A stretch of 12,091 bases of DNA from a candidate division WOR-3 bacterium. GTDB taxonomy: Bacteria > Hydrothermota > Tepidihabitantia > SM23-42 > JAOAFX01. Both the position numbers and the translations under genes were made by a program. The notes beneath the pieces were generated by a model. It was not told the DNA's origin. It worked only from the letters and a program-made list of their open reading frames with translations, and made no database searches. This document shows, piece by piece, positions 7,522 to 12,091 of the stretch (position 1 is the first letter of the stretch; every line of letters begins with the position of its first letter). The DNA lies in assembly GCA_039802265.1 (NCBI GenBank), contig JBDRWI010000066.1, positions 1 to 12,091 of the forward strand, read 5' to 3'.

Positions 7522-10397
7522 CTTTAATTTATATTTCATTAAAACTATCTTCTTAATCAATCGGTAGTTTGATGCTGTAACACTCACAAAGTATATTCCA
7601 TTAGGTAGTACCGAACCTATACAGTCTGTTCCATCCCATACGATTTGATTGGATTGTGGATAAATTAAATGATTAAACTGCCTTACAAGACGTCCTGATG
7701 CATCATAGATATTGATTTTTGTTTGGTCGTCACTCACTGGGAGGTTATAGTGAATTACAGTATGATTATGAAAAGGATTAGGACTGACTGAAAGGTAGGG
7801 TTCTCTGAAGTACGAAATGTCTGATTCCTGGGTATTCTTTGTGATCTTCTCTATTTCCCTCTCGTATTCATAAATGAATACCTGGGCAACAAAGGCATGA
7901 TCACCGATTGCCTTTGTGATATTGAGGTAGATTTCTCCATCCCTGTAACAGGCAGGTGGTAGCCAGCGCTCAAGGATTGTGACCTCATCGGGATTCAACC
8001 AGATATTAGCGTGGAAGATATTATCTGCCTCTATCTTCATCCTCCAGCGCTTCTGACTTGCGGACTCAAAATAGAAAACCAATTTAATCCGATAACGCTT
8101 TTCGGGATTAAGATTCGGAAAGTGATAGATTAATTTTTGAGAATGATAATCAATCGTCTTTTCTGGTTCAGGCGCAAACTGGAAATAGCCATCCCTCTGG
8201 ACTGTCCAGGGACTGGGTGCTTCTCTACCCGCATCAACATAGAAATATGCAGGAGTAGGAATAGTAACAGTTTTTGCTCTAATTTCATAAGGTGATTGAT
8301 TCCCTTCAGTCCATATTGCGGTCAATTTCGGTTCATACGGAGGTGGCCAATATGGTGAACGAGTAACGATACCATGTGAGTATTTTGACATTCCATCGGT
8401 CTGGGATAGAATCTGATAGCCTTCATATTCCATATCTTTATAACAGATTTCCCAGTTATTATCGGTTGGTGGATAGATATACTCACTCCAGGTAATCCAG
8501 GTTGTTCCTTTACAGATTTGTGGCCATTGGGATTTGCCAGGGGTATTGCTAATGTTGCCTACACGGTAAATTACATTGTTCAACTCGTATGCTCTATATA
8601 TTTCAATATTATTGACTGTAGAGTCCTCGTAAACATAGTTTATCACCCCATTTGCTTGAACATCAACAAAAGGATGGTGGGAGAATCTGCTATCTTCAGA
8701 GACCTGAATTCTATTAACAATCTGATGATTTCCAATATCCCATTTTATCCGAAAGATTTTGTCTTCACGCTGGAATGCGATATAGAGATAATTGCCACCC
8801 TGGCTGATGGATGGAAATTCGCAACGGAGCGGAGCCATTGCATATTCTAATTCTGTAAACTGAAAATTAGCAGGATTATTGATATCAAACCAGCCGAGGC
8901 AGAGATGGGAAGTGGGTCCATTCATAAATCGGTCGCGCCATTCAAAGACAACATAGCCAATATTCGTTGCTGGGTCAATAATGAAACCGGGTAGATTGAC
9001 ATCAAGATTGAATGGACCGGTAAAAGAAGCAAGTAAGTATGGTTCACTCCAATTCGTGCCATCATATCTTGAAAACCACAATTCTCCGCCAGCAACCATT
9101 GGCGTTGGTTCGATATTCCGCTGCCAGATGACATATGGGTAGCCATTATTCGCAACTGTAGAAGCAGGGAAATTTCCGGCCCCAAGCAGTTCTTTGTAGC
9201 GCCAAGTTTGCCCTAAATCTGTAGAAAATGCGGCGTAAATGCTATCGCGGGATTGATAGAGTGCACATCGTTTATCTGTGAGAGGATTGGATATCAATTT
9301 CTGGGCTGAGTACGCAGTTCCGTAACCTGTAGAACTGAAAAGAATTGTTGGCTGGATGATAAGCGCACGCTTCCCGACCGGATTATAATCCAACCCTGAG
9401 CTCACATCCTCCCAAGTCCAACCGCCATTCATGCTACATTCAACACCACCTTGATCGGACTGATTGATCTGTTTATAACCCACGAAGACCACGCCAACAC
9501 TTTCCGGATCGCATTCTACAGAATAGACCATAATTAAATCTGTAAGGGGTAATTCGTACCATGTATAAGGGGCGCCACAGTGGTCGCTTTTCAACATCGC
9601 ATTCCAAGTAGGTCCAACACCATCATCCCAGACGCCGGCGTAGAGAGTATCTGCAGAGTAGGGGGTAAACGCTAAACACGAGACTCCCCAGCCTTCTGAG
9701 GAAATCACCTCCTCCCAAGTGTAGCCTCCATCGGTGGTTCTTAACACGGGATACCATGAACGACCAGCAGTGGAATCAACGGCGTCAATATAGAACACGG
9801 TTTCTGAACTATGTAGCGAGCAAACCAAATCTTCTGGTAGCGCATAAATCTGGAAAGTTTTCACTTCATACCATATTGAACTTCCTGGCGGACGTTTTAC
9901 AATTGCCCAGAGAAAGAAAGGTATATCCTTACGACAAAGGAGCCATAGAGTACCGTCCATCGCTATATCAAACTGCTGACGGTAGGGATTGTAAAAGTAA
10001 CCCTGTGGAGGTGGGAAATAGGACCAATTATGCCCACCATTTGAGGAATAATATATTGCGGATCCCCTACAAACTAAATAGAGTTCTCCATGGTTTGTTG
10101 GATTAATGACAATTTTGTAAACAGACTCCGGAAGAGGCAGGGACAGTCCATTGTTAATGGGAAACCCAGGAATAGCCCAAATCAGTGCTTTTATATACAC
10201 CGTCCTTACCCGCTCCAGCATATAGAATATAGTAGCTTGGTGTGGAATCTACTAAGTACCCGGTTATACAGGTAAGAGGCGGCAGTTCATAACCGATGCG
10301 AGACCAAGTGTATCCGTAATCTGTGGTTTTAAATAACATCCCATTAGCGACCACATAAATCGCCTCCCCCGCATAAAGCGGTAGAATGCTCAATACT

Positions 10398-10421
10398 ATA
10401 GATAGATAGATAGATAGATAG
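10398..10421 (-). repeat. Tetranucleotide simple sequence repeat (CTAT)6 in signal-peptide coding region
   Basis: Six perfect ATAG units on the + strand, starting 10 nt into the gene from ATG 10431. Confidence 0.95.
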
Positions 10422-10451
10422 TGCGTAGCATCTTACCTACTATGTTTATTC

Positions 10452-10498
10452 TGACCCTATTTTTTCTATCCCTTTAAGTGCTGGGTCAAGCACTTAAA
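10452..10498 (-). promoter_or_regulatory. 5'-leader hairpin / candidate H-type pseudoknot
   Basis: Perfect 10-bp stem (10498-10489 with 10482-10473). Loop UGACCC is complementary to downstream GGGUCA (10457-10452). Confidence 0.5.
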
Positions 10499-10500
10499 TT

Positions 10501-10522
10501 GTGCGATGAATCGCACCGCTAC
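10501..10522 (-). repeat. REP-like palindrome
   Basis: GTAG-CG-GTGCGA-TTCA-TCGCAC on the - strand. Confidence 0.7.
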
Positions 10523-10591
10523 AGAAAGATTTTTTCTTTGTCCTTCCATCACCACCTTTCGCCAAAATCATGGCTTATCGCTAACTATAAT

Positions 10592-10619
10592 ATTATACCG
10601 CAAACTTCTTCTCTGTCAA
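10592..10619 (-). promoter_or_regulatory. sigma70 promoter of the secreted-protein cassette
   Basis: Perfect TTGACA (10619-10614), 16-nt spacer, perfect TATAAT (10597-10592). Implies a leader of about 155 nt before ATG 10431. Confidence 0.8.
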
Positions 10620-10694
10620 GGGTGATTTTTGGAAGGCTGATTCACCACCCGTACTGTTGGATGGTAAGATAGGGCGAATTTCTTTTACAAAAAT

Positions 10695-10750
10695 TTAGGG
10701 TAAACCATCAGGTGCATTATATTTTATGCAAGGCTGAAGCCTTGCCCTAC
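10695..10750. repeat. REP doublet (degenerate + copy and intact - copy)
   Basis: TTAGGGTAAACCATCAGGT (10695-10713) resembles GTAGGGCAAACCTTCAGGT. 10728-10750 is identical to 5745-5767. Confidence 0.8.
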
Positions 10751-10767
10751 AATTTTTGCCTAAATTC

Positions 10768-11787
10768 TTACTTCACGAGGATATAAAAATATGTAATAAA
10801 TAGAATGATAATCAGAATCAAAAGTATCACCAGCAAAAAGTGTAGTCCGGTGCTGCTCTTTTTCTGTTTTTTCTTCTTTTTCTTTTCCTTTCCTTTTACA
10901 ATCGTTGTTGCTTCTTTTGTCTGCTCAATCCGCAAAAGTAAATTTCTGATATTCTCTTCAACCATTGCCTGGTTTTTCCAGCCCAAAAAATTATTCAATG
11001 CCTTAAGCATATCTTCAGCGGATTTATAACGCGCCTTTGGATTTCGCTTCATTGCTTTGTTGATAATTCTACTCAATCGCCAGCTGTGATGCGGGTCAAT
11101 CCAGAAAGGAGATTTATATTTTCCACGGCAAATCTTGGCAATTATCCCATGGCTTTCTTCAGCCACAAAAGGTTTCTTACCTGTTACCATCTCATATAAT
11201 ACAACGCCTAAAGAGAATATATCCGATTGAAAAGAAACTTTTCCACCACCAGCCTGTTCTGGTGACATATAAAATGGCGTGCCGATGATTGCACCAGTTG
11301 TGGTCAATTCCGGGGCATCAATATCCCGTGCTACACCAAAATCCGTTAATTTTACCACACCATTCTTTGAGATTAGAATATTTTTCGGTTTGATATCGCG
11401 ATGGATGATACCATTCTTATGGGCACAGACCAGTGCCTGGCATACCTCGCGGGCAATGGATGCAGCAAGGACAGGATGTAAGGGTGATTCTTTTTCAATT
11501 ATATCAGCGAGACTCAAACCTTCAATATATTCCATCACTAAATAATGTTCGCCACCTTCACGGAAATAATCATATATCTCAACAATATTTTTATGATTTA
11601 AATTGGCACAAATCTTTGCCTCGCGTTTGAATCGTGCCTGGGCTTCACCATCAAGATTTCGCTTCATCTGTTTTATCACCACCACCCGGTCAAGCGACCC
11701 CTGTATTGCAGTATAGACTTGAGCCATACCACCCTTACCAATTGATTTCAGGATTTTGTAGTTTCCAATTGTTTGTTCTTTATTCAT
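10768..11787 (-). CDS. Hanks-type Ser/Thr protein kinase (PknB-like catalytic domain) with C-terminal membrane anchor
   Basis: GKGGMAQVY, VVIK, HRDIKPKN, DFG, GTPFYMSPEQ and SDIFSLG are all intact. A Lys-rich tract is followed by a terminal hydrophobic helix. Confidence 0.95.
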   Translation of the reverse strand: MNKEQTIGNYKILKSIGKGGMAQVYTAIQGSLDRVVVIKQMKRNLDGEAQARFKREAKICANLNHKNIVEIYDYFREGGEHYLVMEYIEGLSLADIIEKESPLHPVLAASIAREVCQALVCAHKNGIIHRDIKPKNILISKNGVVKLTDFGVARDIDAPELTTTGAIIGTPFYMSPEQAGGGKVSFQSDIFSLGVVLYEMVTGKKPFVAEESHGIIAKICRGKYKSPFWIDPHHSWRLSRIINKAMKRNPKARYKSAEDMLKALNNFLGWKNQAMVEENIRNLLLRIEQTKEATTIVKGKEKKKKKKQKKSSTGLHFLLVILLILIIILFITYFYILVK

Positions 11788-12091
11788 TTGCTACCACAAC
11801 CCGATTACGACCCGATGATTTTGCCTTATAAAGGGCAGTATCAGCAGATTTAATAAAGTCGTGAAAACTTGTAAATCGCAAAAAATCCGTAGCAACGCCA
11901 ATACTAACGGTGATTTTTATCCCGATTATCTCAGCCGATTTTTCTTCCACAATTTTACGCATTGATTCGGCAATCTGGGTTGCACTCGCGCTGTCCATTT
12001 TGGGAAACAAAACAACAAACTCTTCACCCCCATAACGGGCGACGATATCATCCTTTCTACATAGTGCCTGAATTATATGTGCTACTCCCCT
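11780..12091 (-). CDS. Partial (5'-truncated) GGDEF-domain diguanylate cyclase
   Basis: Frame is open from the window edge: RGVAHIIQALCRKDDIVARYGGEEFVVLFP...ITVSIGVA...ADTALYKAKSSGRNRV. GGEEF active site and RxxD inhibitory site are intact. Confidence 0.95.
   Translation of the reverse strand, partial: RGVAHIIQALCRKDDIVARYGGEEFVVLFPKMDSASATQIAESMRKIVEEKSAEIIGIKITVSIGVATDFLRFTSFHDFIKSADTALYKAKSSGRNRVVVANE

Larger units (their letters stand above)
7456..10431 (-). pseudogene. Disrupted or phase-OFF gene for a large secreted multi-propeller protein with FlgD-Ig/T9SS-like CTD (about 967 aa if restored)
   Basis: Three pieces: ATG 10431 (put out of frame by the SSR), ORF 10393-10154 (rest of signal peptide and two Asp-boxes), and the main ORF, protein-like from about 10161 (PINNGL...) with Asp-boxes, a beta-sandwich-like region and CTD VSPNPF...IYDASGRLV...WDG...GIYFV...KKIVLMK. 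It then reads 25 aa further into the next gene. Confidence 0.8.

Noticed and set aside
10161..10167. -1 programmed frameshift heptamer G-GGT-TTC
   Set aside because: The heptamer is not in the required phase, and the downstream ORF is in the +1 frame, not -1.
10168..10221. ATG 10221 as the true start of the 921-aa ORF
   Set aside because: There is no signal peptide, and the overlapping frame encodes the convincing Asp-box sequence. The region is better explained as a frameshifted single gene.
374..10431. Diversity-generating retroelement acting on the secreted proteins
   Set aside because: No reverse transcriptase is present, and I found no template/variable repeat pair differing at adenines.
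10540..10556. Fluoride (crcB) riboswitch suggested by GGTGATGG on the - strand
   Set aside because: It lacks the complementary CRCC strand and the downstream UGAUGAC-like pseudoknot segment.
10858..10897. Poly-T/purine-skewed tract as a second phase-variation SSR or terminator
   Set aside because: It is in-frame coding sequence for the kinase's Lys-rich juxtamembrane segment. The homopolymer runs are short and the ORF is intact.
2701..11831. Remaining small nested or antisense ORFs (e.g. 2701-2931, 2997-3227, 3343-3618, 4052-4261, 4633-4851, 6677-6874, 8518-8850, 8922-9185, 9756-10106, 10090-10275, 10478-10672, 10805-11029, 11279-11831)
   Set aside because: They overlap confident genes or regulatory DNA and show no independent coding evidence.

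Overview
AT-rich bacterial DNA. Five predicted secreted proteins carry T9SS type-A-like C-terminal domains (CTDs), which suggests an FCB-related lineage such as candidate division WOR-3 (inference only). In order: the 3' end of a prokaryotic pentameric ligand-gated ion channel gene; two divergent BNR/Asp-box beta-propeller genes with CTDs; an apt plus cutinase/PETase-like alpha/beta-hydrolase-CTD operon; a REP-like palindrome cluster; a minus-strand two-gene cassette of secreted proteins; and a GGDEF (partial) plus Hanks Ser/Thr kinase gene pair. The most notable locus is the cassette at about 5966-10619. Its first gene has a (CTAT)6 repeat inside the signal-peptide coding region that puts the ATG out of frame (4 or 7 units would restore it), plus a separate 1-nt frameshift and a probable lost stop codon. 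The cassette also has a 5' leader that can form an H-type pseudoknot and an intercistronic anti-SD/anti-anti-SD hairpin pair, and it is bracketed by REP doublets sharing an identical 25-nt sequence. No rRNA, tRNA, CRISPR array or transposase was seen. Whether these signals form one new system cannot be established from this window alone.
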